Positions 26,913 to 36,290 of a DNA stretch of 64,000 nucleotides are shown piece by piece. Made by a program: the position numbers and the translations under genes. Source of the DNA: Candidatus Latescibacterota bacterium (GTDB lineage: Bacteria; Latescibacterota; UBA2968; GCA-2709665); assembly GCA_965116875.1 (NCBI GenBank), contig OZ220733.1, positions 4,704,001 through 4,768,000 of the forward strand, read 5' to 3'. The stretch's first letter is position 1. Every line of letters starts with the position of its first letter. The notes beneath the pieces are model-generated. The model had not been told where the DNA came from and made no database searches. It saw only the letters and a list, made by a program, of their open reading frames with translations.

Positions 26913-28716
26913 CCAGAGACATCTTTACCACGACAGGTCTGCCCTGCGGACAAACGAACGGCTCGCGTGTGGCGAACAGCCGATCGATCAACGCCCGCAT
27001 TTCCTTTGCGGAGAGCCGTTCTCCAGTCCGGATGGCCGTGCGCCGGGCGTATGCGGCGGCCAACCGGTGCTCGAGTGGCGATACCGCCTTTTGTCCGCCA
27101 ACCGGGACGGATGTCTGACGCTCCCTTTCGCCAAGCTCGTCCACGACTTCCTGCAGAAGCCGGCCGTCTTCCCAACCCTTCAATTCCACGGGAATGGCAT
27201 CCACAACCACGGTGTTGCCGCCGAAATCCCGTATGCCGAAGCCCATGGCTTCCAGCAGCGGCATTGCCTCTCTGACTCTGTGGATCTGACGCAAACCGAA
27301 ATCGAGCGTAACGGGAAACAGGAGCCGCTGGCCCAATCCGGCGTTCGATTCAAAACAATCCAGCGTCTGTTCGTAGACCATTCGCTGGTGCGCCAGGTGC
27401 TGATCGACAAAAATCAGGCCGTTCTTGATATGCGCCAGGACATATTTCTCGTGTACCTGCCAGACGGGGACCTGTTCGACCGTTTCTTCATCCACCAGCT
27501 CCGGATCAACCGCGCCGTCGGCCCGCGTTTCGTACCCACCGGCCGACTTCCTGACGGTCAGGGAAAGCGCCATCTGCACGTCTTCCAGACCAAGGGGACC
27601 CGAAAGATATGCCTCCTTCTCCCCGGGCGCGTCCGCAACGCCACCGGACGTGTCCGCCGCTGCATGCTCTGATCCGTGTGCCGGAATCGCGGGCGAAGCA
27701 ATTCCACTGTCCACCTCGGGTACCAGGTCCTCCTCCCGCAACCCCGCCCGCACGACTTCAGCTACAGCGTCGTAAACCGCGGCTTCATCCGAAAAACGCA
27801 CCTCGCGTTTGGCGGGATGCACGTTGACATCGAGGCGGGAGGGATCCAGTTCCAGAAGCAGCGCAAACGCGGGATGGAATCCCTTCACCAGCAATCCGCC
27901 AAAGCCGTCGTGTACGGCGTACGTCACCCCCCTGTCGCGTACCCAGCGACCATTCACGACCGTTGCCTGCTGCGCGCCCGACTTTCGCGCCCGTTCCGGC
28001 CTGCCGGCAAAGCCCCAGACCCGAACGCCATGGCGTTCACCGTCCAGAAATACGGCGTCGCGGCCGATCCGGACGCCGAATATCTCCTGCAGCCGGTGCT
28101 TGCGCTCCGTCCTGCCAAGATTCAGTATTTCACGCCCATCGTGTGAAAGTACAAACGCAACGGACGGATAGGCCAATGCCAGGCCCGTAAGCGCATCCGA
28201 CACGTGTTTGAATTCAGTCTCTACACCCTTCAGAAATTTCCGCCTTGCGGGTACATTGAAAAACAGGCCGTGAACGGCGACCGTTGTTCCCCGGTCCCGG
28301 CCTGTTGACGAAACATCGCGTACCCGGCCGCTTTCGACCCGAACACGGGTGCCCTGCAACGCTTCCGAATCGCGGGTTTCGATCACCATCCGCGACACAG
28401 CCGCGATACTCGGCAGCGCTTCCCCGCGAAACCCGAGGGTACGCAGCGTGCGGAGGTCGGAAAGATTGACGATCTTGCTCGTTGCGTGCCGTTCCAGGGC
28501 CAGCAACGCGTCGTCACCAGACATTCCGCAGCCGTTGTCGCTGACCCGTATGGTCTCTTTGCCGCCGCAGGTAACTTCAGCCACGATCCGGTCCGCACCT
28601 GCATCGATGGCGTTTTCCACCAACTCCTTAATCACGGAGCCGGGGCGCTCAACGGCTTCGCCCGCGGCGATTCGATTGGCAATTTCGTCGGACAGAATCC
28701 GGATCCGATCAGGCAT
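26884..28716 (-). CDS. mutL: DNA mismatch repair endonuclease MutL
   Basis: IAAGEAVERP, GFRGEAL, DVNVHPAK; C-terminal DQHLAHQR and CPQGRP. Confidence 0.98.
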   Translation of the reverse strand: MPDRIRILSDEIANRIAAGEAVERPGSVIKELVENAIDAGADRIVAEVTCGGKETIRVSDNGCGMSGDDALLALERHATSKIVNLSDLRTLRTLGFRGEALPSIAAVSRMVIETRDSEALQGTRVRVESGRVRDVSSTGRDRGTTVAVHGLFFNVPARRKFLKGVETEFKHVSDALTGLALAYPSVAFVLSHDGREILNLGRTERKHRLQEIFGVRIGRDAVFLDGERHGVRVWGFAGRPERARKSGAQQATVVNGRWVRDRGVTYAVHDGFGGLLVKGFHPAFALLLELDPSRLDVNVHPAKREVRFSDEAAVYDAVAEVVRAGLREEDLVPEVDSGIASPAIPAHGSEHAAADTSGGVADAPGEKEAYLSGPLGLEDVQMALSLTVRKSAGGYETRADGAVDPELVDEETVEQVPVWQVHEKYVLAHIKNGLIFVDQHLAHQRMVYEQTLDCFESNAGLGQRLLFPVTLDFGLRQIHRVREAMPLLEAMGFGIRDFGGNTVVVDAIPVELKGWEDGRLLQEVVDELGERERQTSVPVGGQKAVSPLEHRLAAAYARRTAIRTGERLSAKEMRALIDRLFATREPFVCPQGRPVVVKMSLDELDRQFNR

Positions 28717-28834
28717 TACGACCCACCCGCCATTTCTGCATTGCCGAAAAAACGCGGATCAGTGCGGTTCAGAATTGCCTTTGCCGCACCCCTCCGGATC
28801 TCTGGCGACAGGTGTCGGAATACGCCCTGCCGCC

Positions 28835-30235
28835 TCAGGAACGTCCATTCGTACCACGGCCGTTACTGCCAATCCTGCCCTGGCGTTTCAATCGGTGCAG
28901 AGTGCAATCGAATGCCCGGACAACCTGATCCAGATCTTCGCTTGTATGCACCGATGCCGTCAACCCGGTCAAACCGTGCAGATCCACACCCTCCAGTTGC
29001 ATGCTGGCGCGGAATGCATCTCGAATCACCGGGTCGGGCGCCTTCAGCCGGCGGTAGTCATAGGTTCCCGCGGCAATCGCTTCCAGGCTCTGGTCCATCG
29101 GGCCGCTATCGGGAAGGAATTTAACGCCGGAAAAGTCGCCGTATACAACCCAGTCCACGCCGTGGTCCGAGATGACGCGGTTGAGACGACCGCGCAGGAT
29201 TTCACCGTTCCGGTTCGCGCGCGCGACGTGTGTGCCGTCTTCGACGATCTTCAGCGTGGCAATCCCGGCTGCCGCGGAAACCGGGTTGGCGTTAAACGTG
29301 CCCTGGTGGGGCATTTTCCTGCACGTGTCCCACTCCCTGTCTCCTCTGAACGAAAGCAGGTCCATGATATCCTGCCGGCCGGTCAGGCAGCCTCCCGGAA
29401 GTCCGCCCGCCAGGATTTTTGCCAGCGAGGTGAGATCGGGCCTGACGTTGAAGCAGGACTGCGCGCCCCCGGGCGCGCATCGGAAACCGGTGACCACTTC
29501 GTCGAAGATCAGAAGCACGTTGTGCTGAAGCGTTACGCGCCGCAGTTCTTCCAGGAAACCCGGTCGGAGGGGCGCAACGCCGAATGTGGCGCCGGTGGGC
29601 TCCACAATCACACACGCGACGTCGTCATCCCGGTCGAGAATGGCCTCAACCTGATCAATCCGGTTCGGCGGGCAGAGGCAGACGGTATCCGCGACTTCGC
29701 GCAGAACGCCGGCAGGCACGGGCTCGTCGAAAGGCGGCAGCACACCCACGTTGACGTTGTCATGCCACCCGTGGAAGTGACCGATGAATTTCAGGACCTT
29801 TCGCTTTCCGGTAAACGTCCGCGCCAGCCGGAGCGCCATCAGCGTCGCCTCGGTGCCTGAGCTTGTAAATCGAACGCGTTCGGCGGTGGGGATCAGCTTC
29901 AGGACCCACTCTCCCCATTCCACTTCCAGTTCGTGACACGCGCCGTAGTGGGTCCCTCGCGCCACCTGTTCCGAGACGGCTTCCACCATTTCCGGGTAAC
30001 AATGCCCCAGCAGCAATGCGCCATGCCCCATCCAGAGGTCCACGTATTCACGTCCGTCCACGTCCCACTTGCGTCCGGCTTCGGCGCGACTTGCGTATAT
30101 GGGAAACGGCGCGGTGAAGCGCGAATCGTGGGTAACGCCGTTTGGAAAAATACGCGACGCCTTTTCGTAGAGCGCCAGAGACCCGCCGAGCACATTTTCA
30201 AACTCGGCATTAAATGCTTTAACTGATTCTTCCAC
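28835..30235 (-). CDS. Class III PLP aminotransferase, glutamate-1-semialdehyde aminomutase-like
   Basis: SGTEAT, FHGWHD, LIFDEVVTGFR, AKILAGGLP, GTFNANP. Confidence 0.9.
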   Translation of the reverse strand: MEESVKAFNAEFENVLGGSLALYEKASRIFPNGVTHDSRFTAPFPIYASRAEAGRKWDVDGREYVDLWMGHGALLLGHCYPEMVEAVSEQVARGTHYGACHELEVEWGEWVLKLIPTAERVRFTSSGTEATLMALRLARTFTGKRKVLKFIGHFHGWHDNVNVGVLPPFDEPVPAGVLREVADTVCLCPPNRIDQVEAILDRDDDVACVIVEPTGATFGVAPLRPGFLEELRRVTLQHNVLLIFDEVVTGFRCAPGGAQSCFNVRPDLTSLAKILAGGLPGGCLTGRQDIMDLLSFRGDREWDTCRKMPHQGTFNANPVSAAAGIATLKIVEDGTHVARANRNGEILRGRLNRVISDHGVDWVVYGDFSGVKFLPDSGPMDQSLEAIAAGTYDYRRLKAPDPVIRDAFRASMQLEGVDLHGLTGLTASVHTSEDLDQVVRAFDCTLHRLKRQGRIGSNGRGTNGRS

Positions 30236-30356
30236 AGTTCTTTATCTCACTTTTTTAATGTGATCTTGTGGGGCCGACGGAATCCGTCCGTGCACGCGTC
30301 GGTTCGCAATTGAAAATAACGTACAACTGAAAAAAAACAAACGGCAAGTTGTATTG

Positions 30357-32450
30357 TCACGCCTTCGTTGCCAGCGGGTAGGAAAACGTCCGATCGGCCA
30401 CGATGTCCGACGTGTCGAAAGCAGTTTCCGACATGACCCAGAGATGGGTCTCAGCCCCCGTGCGCACCAGGAATCCGCGAGCCCTGCCGGATCGATCCCG
30501 CCCGACGGCCGTGACGCGGCTGACGGCCGGCTCCGTGTCCCAGTGATGCATGAGCGCGACAAAGGTTGTCTCGCGGGCGGTCCGGCGGCGGATGAGCAAA
30601 TCGCCGGTTTCGGATGCGGGCTGCAGCGGCGCTTCTCCCAGGATGACCCTAGTGCCCGCTTCTTCCGGGAGGAATACCCCGACCCCGCCCTTCGAAAGGC
30701 CCCATTCCAAAGAAACCGCATCCTCAGACATGAACTCGACCGGCCTGCGAACGTGGGCGTATCCGTCGCCGCAAAGTGACGTCGACCCGAGACGAGACAG
30801 ACCGGTGTGCCTCCGGCGATCGGCCTGGTACCTGCAGACCCAGTCCATCTGGCATTCCTCCGGCGCCGCCACGAGGAACAGATCCCAGAAGTAGGAATCC
30901 GTCCAGAGGATCACCCGACGCATCGCAACCCTCGCATAGGGGTCACCCTCCCATGCAACCCTCGCGTCGACCGCTTCGAATCCGTCGTCGCGCTGTATGT
31001 CGAGATTCACCAGCCGCCCTTCCGCCGGAGGCTGGGAACGGCCGTCTACCGTCACGGTGTTGTGGCTCAATGTCTGCCGATACCAGGTTTCGTTCATGTC
31101 GACGCCATAGCCGGGCGTGCCCAGGTCCGTCGCCACCGGAAGCCCTTGCGCGTAGAAGGAAATCGAAAGCTTATCGGGGTGTCCGTGCCCGCCGCCGTGC
31201 GGTCCGTATTTCAGAAGCACGCAGCTTTGCGCTTCGATCGCGTCCCTCGATCTCAGAATGGCGACACCCGACGGTTTCAGTACGGCGCTTTCCGTAACGA
31301 ATTCGCCACCCGTGTCGGGTAACTCTTCGCCGTATAGAAGCGACTCCACGGCCGTTCGGGGCCTTCCGGCATAGTTGCGTTCGAGTATCCCGGCATAGAC
31401 GGGCTCGTTGTACCACCCGTACGCCACCTCGTAGAAAGCGTCCGCCGGCGGTACGCCGTGGCAGACGTCCGACAACAGGGAGGAGAAATACCAGCAATCG
31501 TTGGTGGCGGGAAGCCTGAAATCGGGAAATGCCAGCGAGACCGGCGCCCGGAACATCGCCCTGATCCGCTCGTCGTCGTGCAGACGACGAGCGGTGCTTT
31601 CCGATACCTGGACGTGGGCAATCAGGGCGGCAAGGGTATAGAAGTGGTAGCTGGAAGACCCCTCCCACCACATCCCGTCGTCCAGAACACCTTCCCGGAG
31701 CTGGTGGTGGAATCCGAACCTGTCCTCCAGGGCAATCTTCTGAAATCCCACGTCGTCCAGGCAGACTCCAACCGCCGCCATTGCGGCATTGTGCCAGCAT
31801 TCGATGTTGTGAATGCGGTGGAATTTCTGGCCCTGAATGTGCTCCGCCGCAAGCGCGAGCAGGTTGGTTTCGATCAGCGTCCGCTCCCGGGCATCCAGGA
31901 ACTCCCGCACCAGGTCGTACGCCCTCGCAATGGGAATCAGCCACACAGCCTCGTCGAGTGAATGATTGGCCACCTTGCCCCAGCCATACGGCAGTTCCCT
32001 CTCGATCGGATACCCCGGATAACGCTCCGCGTAAGCCAGCAGGATCTCTCTGCATCTTGTCAGATATGCGGCGTCCGCGTCCAGCTGCCACAAAAGCGCG
32101 AGACGGTATGCCATACCGGACAATCTGTTGTTGACAAACCAGCGCCATGCGGAATCGTACGGTTCGCCGGAGAAAACCCGTCCGTCTCTGGGACATCGAT
32201 GCAGTTTCGGTGATTCGGCGTCAAACACGAGTTCGACGGCGTGGTCAGGACAGAAGTAGTTGTGGTAGTACCCCGCCGGGAGATCCTGTGGTTGCATTCT
32301 TTCGTCGAGGAAAGCCCTTGCTTCAGATTCCAGTTGACGGTAGGCGTCGCGGAACGCCGGACTCGACCGGCGTTCTCTCGCCCGTTCCAGACGCCATCCA
32401 GGTATCAGATTCATCGCACGTTCAACCCGTTCACAAAGGCCGTTTGCCAC
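30357..32450 (-). CDS. Heparinase II/III-like (alginate/oligo-uronate lyase-like) protein
   Basis: IHNIECW, DGMWWEGSSSYHFY, GGGHGHPDKL, SHNTVTVDG. Confidence 0.85.
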   Translation of the reverse strand: MANGLCERVERAMNLIPGWRLERARERRSSPAFRDAYRQLESEARAFLDERMQPQDLPAGYYHNYFCPDHAVELVFDAESPKLHRCPRDGRVFSGEPYDSAWRWFVNNRLSGMAYRLALLWQLDADAAYLTRCREILLAYAERYPGYPIERELPYGWGKVANHSLDEAVWLIPIARAYDLVREFLDARERTLIETNLLALAAEHIQGQKFHRIHNIECWHNAAMAAVGVCLDDVGFQKIALEDRFGFHHQLREGVLDDGMWWEGSSSYHFYTLAALIAHVQVSESTARRLHDDERIRAMFRAPVSLAFPDFRLPATNDCWYFSSLLSDVCHGVPPADAFYEVAYGWYNEPVYAGILERNYAGRPRTAVESLLYGEELPDTGGEFVTESAVLKPSGVAILRSRDAIEAQSCVLLKYGPHGGGHGHPDKLSISFYAQGLPVATDLGTPGYGVDMNETWYRQTLSHNTVTVDGRSQPPAEGRLVNLDIQRDDGFEAVDARVAWEGDPYARVAMRRVILWTDSYFWDLFLVAAPEECQMDWVCRYQADRRRHTGLSRLGSTSLCGDGYAHVRRPVEFMSEDAVSLEWGLSKGGVGVFLPEEAGTRVILGEAPLQPASETGDLLIRRRTARETTFVALMHHWDTEPAVSRVTAVGRDRSGRARGFLVRTGAETHLWVMSETAFDTSDIVADRTFSYPLATKA

Positions 32451-32474
32451 ATTGTCGGCCGAACCTTATCTTTG

Positions 32475-32526
32475 CAGCCCGTTGAAAAGACCCATCCGGA
32501 CTCCGGATGCGCACCGTCCACGGCTG
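32475..32526 (+). repeat. Degenerate CCCGTTGAAAA mini inverted-repeat element
   Basis: GCCCGTTGAAAAGACCCATCCGG matches minus-strand GCCCGTTGAAAAAGTCCATCCGG at 37.3 kb. Confidence 0.5.
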
Positions 32527-32552
32527 AATTCCCGCGCCTGCCCGGTATTTCC

Positions 32553-33152
32553 ATGCCCAACGCCAGATTAGAGATTCTGATACCCCCGGAACGCATCAGG
32601 GAAAGGATCCGGCAAATGGGCGCCAGGATCACGTCGGACTTCCGCACGGCCCGCGCCGCGATTGCGGATCGCCCGAATGCCGGTGAAGGCCGACCGGGGG
32701 ACGATACGGAACGGTCGCTCATCCTCTTGGGGGTCCTGAAAGGCGCCCTCTACTTTCTCGCGGACCTGTCCCGGGAAATCCCCGTCGCCGCTGAGATCGA
32801 ATATATATCGGTCGCCAGTTACGGCAAGTCGACAAAGAGTTCCGGCGTTGTAAGAATCCTGAAGGACCTGGATCGCGACATTACCGGCGCCGACGTGCTC
32901 CTTGTGGAAGACATTGTTGATACGGGCCTCACACTGGAGTACCTCTTGCGCATTCTGTCTACCCGGCGCCCTCGAAGCCTGAAGGTGTGCAGCCTTCTCA
33001 ACAAGCCCGCACGCCGGGTCGTGGACGTGCCGGTCGACTACGTGGGCTTCACCATCCCTGACGAATTCGTTGTCGGATACGGGCTGGACTACGATCAGCG
33101 ATACCGGAATCTCCCGTACATCGCGGCATTGAGGAATCTTGAAACGACGTAA
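32553..33152 (+). CDS. hpt: Hypoxanthine phosphoribosyltransferase
   Basis: GVLKGA, VLLVEDIVDTGLTL, FVVGYGLDY..YRNLPY. Confidence 0.96.
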   Translation: MPNARLEILIPPERIRERIRQMGARITSDFRTARAAIADRPNAGEGRPGDDTERSLILLGVLKGALYFLADLSREIPVAAEIEYISVASYGKSTKSSGVVRILKDLDRDITGADVLLVEDIVDTGLTLEYLLRILSTRRPRSLKVCSLLNKPARRVVDVPVDYVGFTIPDEFVVGYGLDYDQRYRNLPYIAALRNLETT

Positions 33153-33181
33153 AGGCGACATTTCCCGACGCCGCCAACTAA

Positions 33182-33342
33182 TGTCCTGTCCCAAAAATTC
33201 CTCACCATTCGGCCGCCGATTCATCCCGTCTCGCTACGTTCCCCTCGCTCGCCGACCATACGCAGGTCGCCTGCGCTCGGGCGCCTTGCGAGACGGGCGA
33301 CTCAGCGGCCGAATTTAGGCAACTTATTTCCGGGACAGAACA
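33182..33342. mobile_element. 161-bp MITE-like element with CTAA target duplication
   Basis: TIR TGTCCTGTCCCAAAAAT / reverse complement TGTTCTGTCCCGGAAAT; CTAA at 33178-33181 and 33343-33346; internal stems TTCGGCCGC/GCGGCCGAA and CCCGTCTCGC/GCGAGACGGG. Confidence 0.8.
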
Positions 33343-34086
33343 CTAAGTCCCGCGATTCCCGCCTGAACCCGCCAGCAGGCGATTCACCGTCTTGAACAAC
33401 TCTTCAACCATCTGTTCCGTGAGCGTTCCCGTGTTCATATTGTAACGGCTGAAGTGGTAGCTGGCAACCAGAATCCTGGAGTCAAGGTCGAAACGATAGG
33501 TCCCGCCGTGCAAGAACCGGTAGCATCCCATCCTCTCGATGATATCATCCTCCTTCAGAAGGCGCAGGTAGGCCTCAAACGCGTCCCTGCCCATTGCAAG
33601 CACAACGCGGCTACGCCTCAGACGTTCCGTCTCCAATCGCAGCCAGCCAAGGCAGGCGCGTTTTTCGCCCCCGTTCGGCCTGTTCTCGGGAGGGACGCAT
33701 TTTACGGCGTTCGTAATGTAGACGTCCCTGAGTTTGAGACCGTCGTTCGGCCGGGTGGCGTCCGGCCGATTGCTGAATCCGTGCCGGTATAATGCACCGT
33801 AGAGCACTTTGCCGGCAAAGTCGCCCGTAAACGGCCTGCCGGTGCGGTTCGCCCCGTGGGCGCCCGGCGCAAGTCCTATCACGAGAAGCCGGCCCGATGC
33901 ATCGCCGAAACCCGGTACCGGTTTTGCCCAGTAACCGTCGACGTGCGCCTTCCGATTGTCCGGCGATTCGAACGTCGCCCGGTAGTCGACCAGCCGTTCA
34001 CAGGTGTCGCAGGCCGCAATCTGTCTGAACAGCAGCCGTTCCGCACCCGCCCGGCCGCACCCGTTGAGACCCGGTTTGAATCCCAT
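33343..34086 (-). CDS. Uracil-DNA glycosylase family 5
   Basis: GLAPGAHGANRTGRPFTGD, CxxC, KCVPP.N.P, SYHFS..N..TG; start uncertain. Confidence 0.92.
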   Translation of the reverse strand: MGFKPGLNGCGRAGAERLLFRQIAACDTCERLVDYRATFESPDNRKAHVDGYWAKPVPGFGDASGRLLVIGLAPGAHGANRTGRPFTGDFAGKVLYGALYRHGFSNRPDATRPNDGLKLRDVYITNAVKCVPPENRPNGGEKRACLGWLRLETERLRRSRVVLAMGRDAFEAYLRLLKEDDIIERMGCYRFLHGGTYRFDLDSRILVASYHFSRYNMNTGTLTEQMVEELFKTVNRLLAGSGGNRGT

Positions 34087-34109
34087 TGTCTTGCCTTCGG
34101 CGCACCCAT

Positions 34110-34142
34110 GAAAAAGAGGCGGTCCCGCTGGGGCCGCCTCTT
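34110..34142 (-). terminator. Terminator after the glutaredoxin-like gene
   Basis: Minus strand AAGAGGCGGCCCC-agc-GGGACCGCCTCTT-TTT. Confidence 0.75.
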
Positions 34143-34169
34143 CCAAAGTCAGAATCTGAACCCGAGTGG

Positions 34170-34532
34170 CTAGCTACCCGCCCTGTTGTTGAAGAAAACC
34201 GCCTGTTGAGACCGCGCCATCGCCTCGTGCTCCTCGTCGGTGCAGGAACTGTCGGTGGGAACGTTGGGGTCCGGCCCCGCCGGCCGGTATCCGTTTTGAA
34301 CCAGATAGGACTCCAGTTCGTCACCGCTGACATCGGCAAGGATCTGCCCGTTGAAGTCCAGCGTGGGTTGCAGAGGCTGGCCGCTCTTGCGAACCATCTC
34401 CTCGTAGTTTTCCGGATAATTGATAATATCCTTGTCTTCGTATTCGAGCCCGTATTTGGCCAGCACCGCCCGAATGCCCCGGCTCCATCCACATTGGGGT
34501 TTGAGATATGCGGTAATCGCGGGATTACCCAT
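34170..34532 (-). CDS. Monothiol glutaredoxin-like protein
   Basis: YLKPQCGWS, KSGQ..QPTL.FNG..L.D; CGWS resembles CGFS. Confidence 0.85.
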   Translation of the reverse strand: MGNPAITAYLKPQCGWSRGIRAVLAKYGLEYEDKDIINYPENYEEMVRKSGQPLQPTLDFNGQILADVSGDELESYLVQNGYRPAGPDPNVPTDSSCTDEEHEAMARSQQAVFFNNRAGS

Positions 34533-34601
34533 CTGAAATTCTCCTTATCCTTGGAAGCCGTCCTGGTTTATCAACCGGAAAATACACGGAAGCGACACTT
34601 T

Positions 34602-34630
34602 AACATAAAGAACTATTCCCGATTTCGCAA
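34602..34630 (-). promoter_or_regulatory. Candidate sigma70 promoter for the glutaredoxin-like gene
   Basis: TTGCGA-17 bp-TATGTT. Confidence 0.5.
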
Positions 34631-34785
34631 GTCCAATCGCCATGCGGAAGGGCGGTCCGGAGCAATCGGGACTCCGGGTTCTGCGGGTACGGGATCCGGC
34701 CTGCCCGACCTTCGTCCATGCGAATGTCCTGCAATACGGCCGCGAACCGACGGCACATTGCAACGAACCGGATGCGAACCTCCGG

Positions 34786-35088
34786 TTATTCCGCGGCATT
34801 CACCGCATTGGCAAAATCGAGATCGGCCCGTGTGACGGCGTTTTCGCTGTGCGTCGTCACCGTAACCGTGAGGGTCTTGCTCCTGCTGTCCAGATTGAGG
34901 TCCGAGTGATGATTGTTGCTGTCCATGACCCGGGTAATCGTCCGCACGAATGCCATCGTCGGAACGAATTTCTGAAACTTCCATACTCGCTGAATCGACT
35001 TGCTTTCCCCATCGTATTCCCAGCCTTCCAGCCCCTTCAGCGCTTCCCGGATTTCATCCTCGGTGACCAGGGTCTTGTCCTCGTGCAT
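34786..35088 (-). CDS. Pterin-4-alpha-carbinolamine dehydratase (COG2154)
   Basis: L.GW, D-x3-HHS catalytic motif (DSNNHHS), TTHS..AVT..D..FA. Confidence 0.9.
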   Translation of the reverse strand: MHEDKTLVTEDEIREALKGLEGWEYDGESKSIQRVWKFQKFVPTMAFVRTITRVMDSNNHHSDLNLDSRSKTLTVTVTTHSENAVTRADLDFANAVNAAE

Positions 35089-35214
35089 TGAAGCCTCCCA
35101 GAGATTTGTGACAACGTTTCCAACGGCGCTCCGCCCTCCGGCTTAATTGTGCCTCGACCAAACACGGAATGTCGTACGGCCCGGGATTCAATATACCAAG
35201 ATTTCGCGGGCCGA

Positions 35215-35826
35215 TCAATCCCCGCAGAGGATACCGGCAGTCGAGAGCGCGATTCTGTATTCGTCCGGGGTGTTGATGTTTCGCAGTGACTCCAGTTCAG
35301 GGTCTACGTCACGCAATGCGGAACCGGGCACGCTGCGGCAGATGCATCGTTCCGTCAACGTCGTGAGCCGGAGGGCGCCGGCATCCAGCATCTTCTGAAT
35401 CACAGGCAGGACCGACACCCGATAAACGGCTGCAAGCGGATGCAGACGTCCTTCTTCACGCGGCACGGTGATTTCGGCCTCTTCCGCACCTCGCGCCATG
35501 CGAAGCACGAATTCCCGGCGCAGAAAGGGCGCGTCGCACCCGCAGACGAATGCCGCGTCGGCCTGTCGCGAAATCGCTTCGAGTCCCGCCGCCAGCGCCT
35601 CCAGCGGGCCCCTGTCGGACACCCGATCCTGTATGATTTCGACGCGGTCGGGAAGGCGCGGCAGTGGTTGCCGACGCGCGGAAACCACGAATACGGGCTC
35701 CAGCGTGCCCGTGAGTAAGCGAACCACGCGCTGGAGCAGGTATTCTTCGCCGAAGCGCAACCAGGCCTTGGACGTCCCCATTCTTCGGCTTCGTCCGCCA
35801 CACAACACGAGGGCGCCGACTCTCAT
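35215..35826 (-). CDS. mobA: Molybdenum cofactor guanylyltransferase
   Basis: LCGGRSRRMGTSKA, GPL, CDAPF, HPLAAVY, NINTP. Confidence 0.9.
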   Translation of the reverse strand: MRVGALVLCGGRSRRMGTSKAWLRFGEEYLLQRVVRLLTGTLEPVFVVSARRQPLPRLPDRVEIIQDRVSDRGPLEALAAGLEAISRQADAAFVCGCDAPFLRREFVLRMARGAEEAEITVPREEGRLHPLAAVYRVSVLPVIQKMLDAGALRLTTLTERCICRSVPGSALRDVDPELESLRNINTPDEYRIALSTAGILCGD

Positions 35827-35827
35827 T

Positions 35828-36259
35828 TCAGATATCCAGGACAACGAACGCCCGCCACCGTCCATCGACGCGTTCTACGACAAACCGGTGGAGCGTGACG
35901 GCCTTCACGTCCACAATCAGGTCGTGGCGTTCCATATCCAGTTCTTCACCTACAAGGTCGGCCTGAACCTTGAATCCTGTCTCATGCTCTTCCACGACGA
36001 CGTTCGCCGGCCGCAGAAGAAGCCGATTCGCATCCTTGAAGAAGATCACTTCCTGCAGAAAATCGAACAGCAGCAAGTCGGGTTCATCGGCCTCGAGATT
36101 CACGGTACGCCGTTCCCCTGACGCTACGGAATCCAGGTCCGAAACCATGACGTTGAGCGTTGCTTCGGCGGCCGCGGTCAGTACCCCGCCGAGGTCATCG
36201 CCCCAGGCTTCGAAAGCCACGTCCGCGATCGCGATATCTTCGATAAACCGATATGACAC
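35828..36259 (-). CDS. Archease
   Basis: YRFIED...ADV..EAWG, DVKAVTLH, C-terminal VVLDI. Confidence 0.93.
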   Translation of the reverse strand: MSYRFIEDIAIADVAFEAWGDDLGGVLTAAAEATLNVMVSDLDSVASGERRTVNLEADEPDLLLFDFLQEVIFFKDANRLLLRPANVVVEEHETGFKVQADLVGEELDMERHDLIVDVKAVTLHRFVVERVDGRWRAFVVLDI

Positions 36260-36290
36260 TGCGGCATCCCTTCCCTGGACAGAACACTAC

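Noticed and set aside
28835-30235. Naming the gene hemL
   Set aside because: It lacks the typical HemL N-terminal GGVNSPVR (has GVTHDSR) and has no haem-pathway neighbours.
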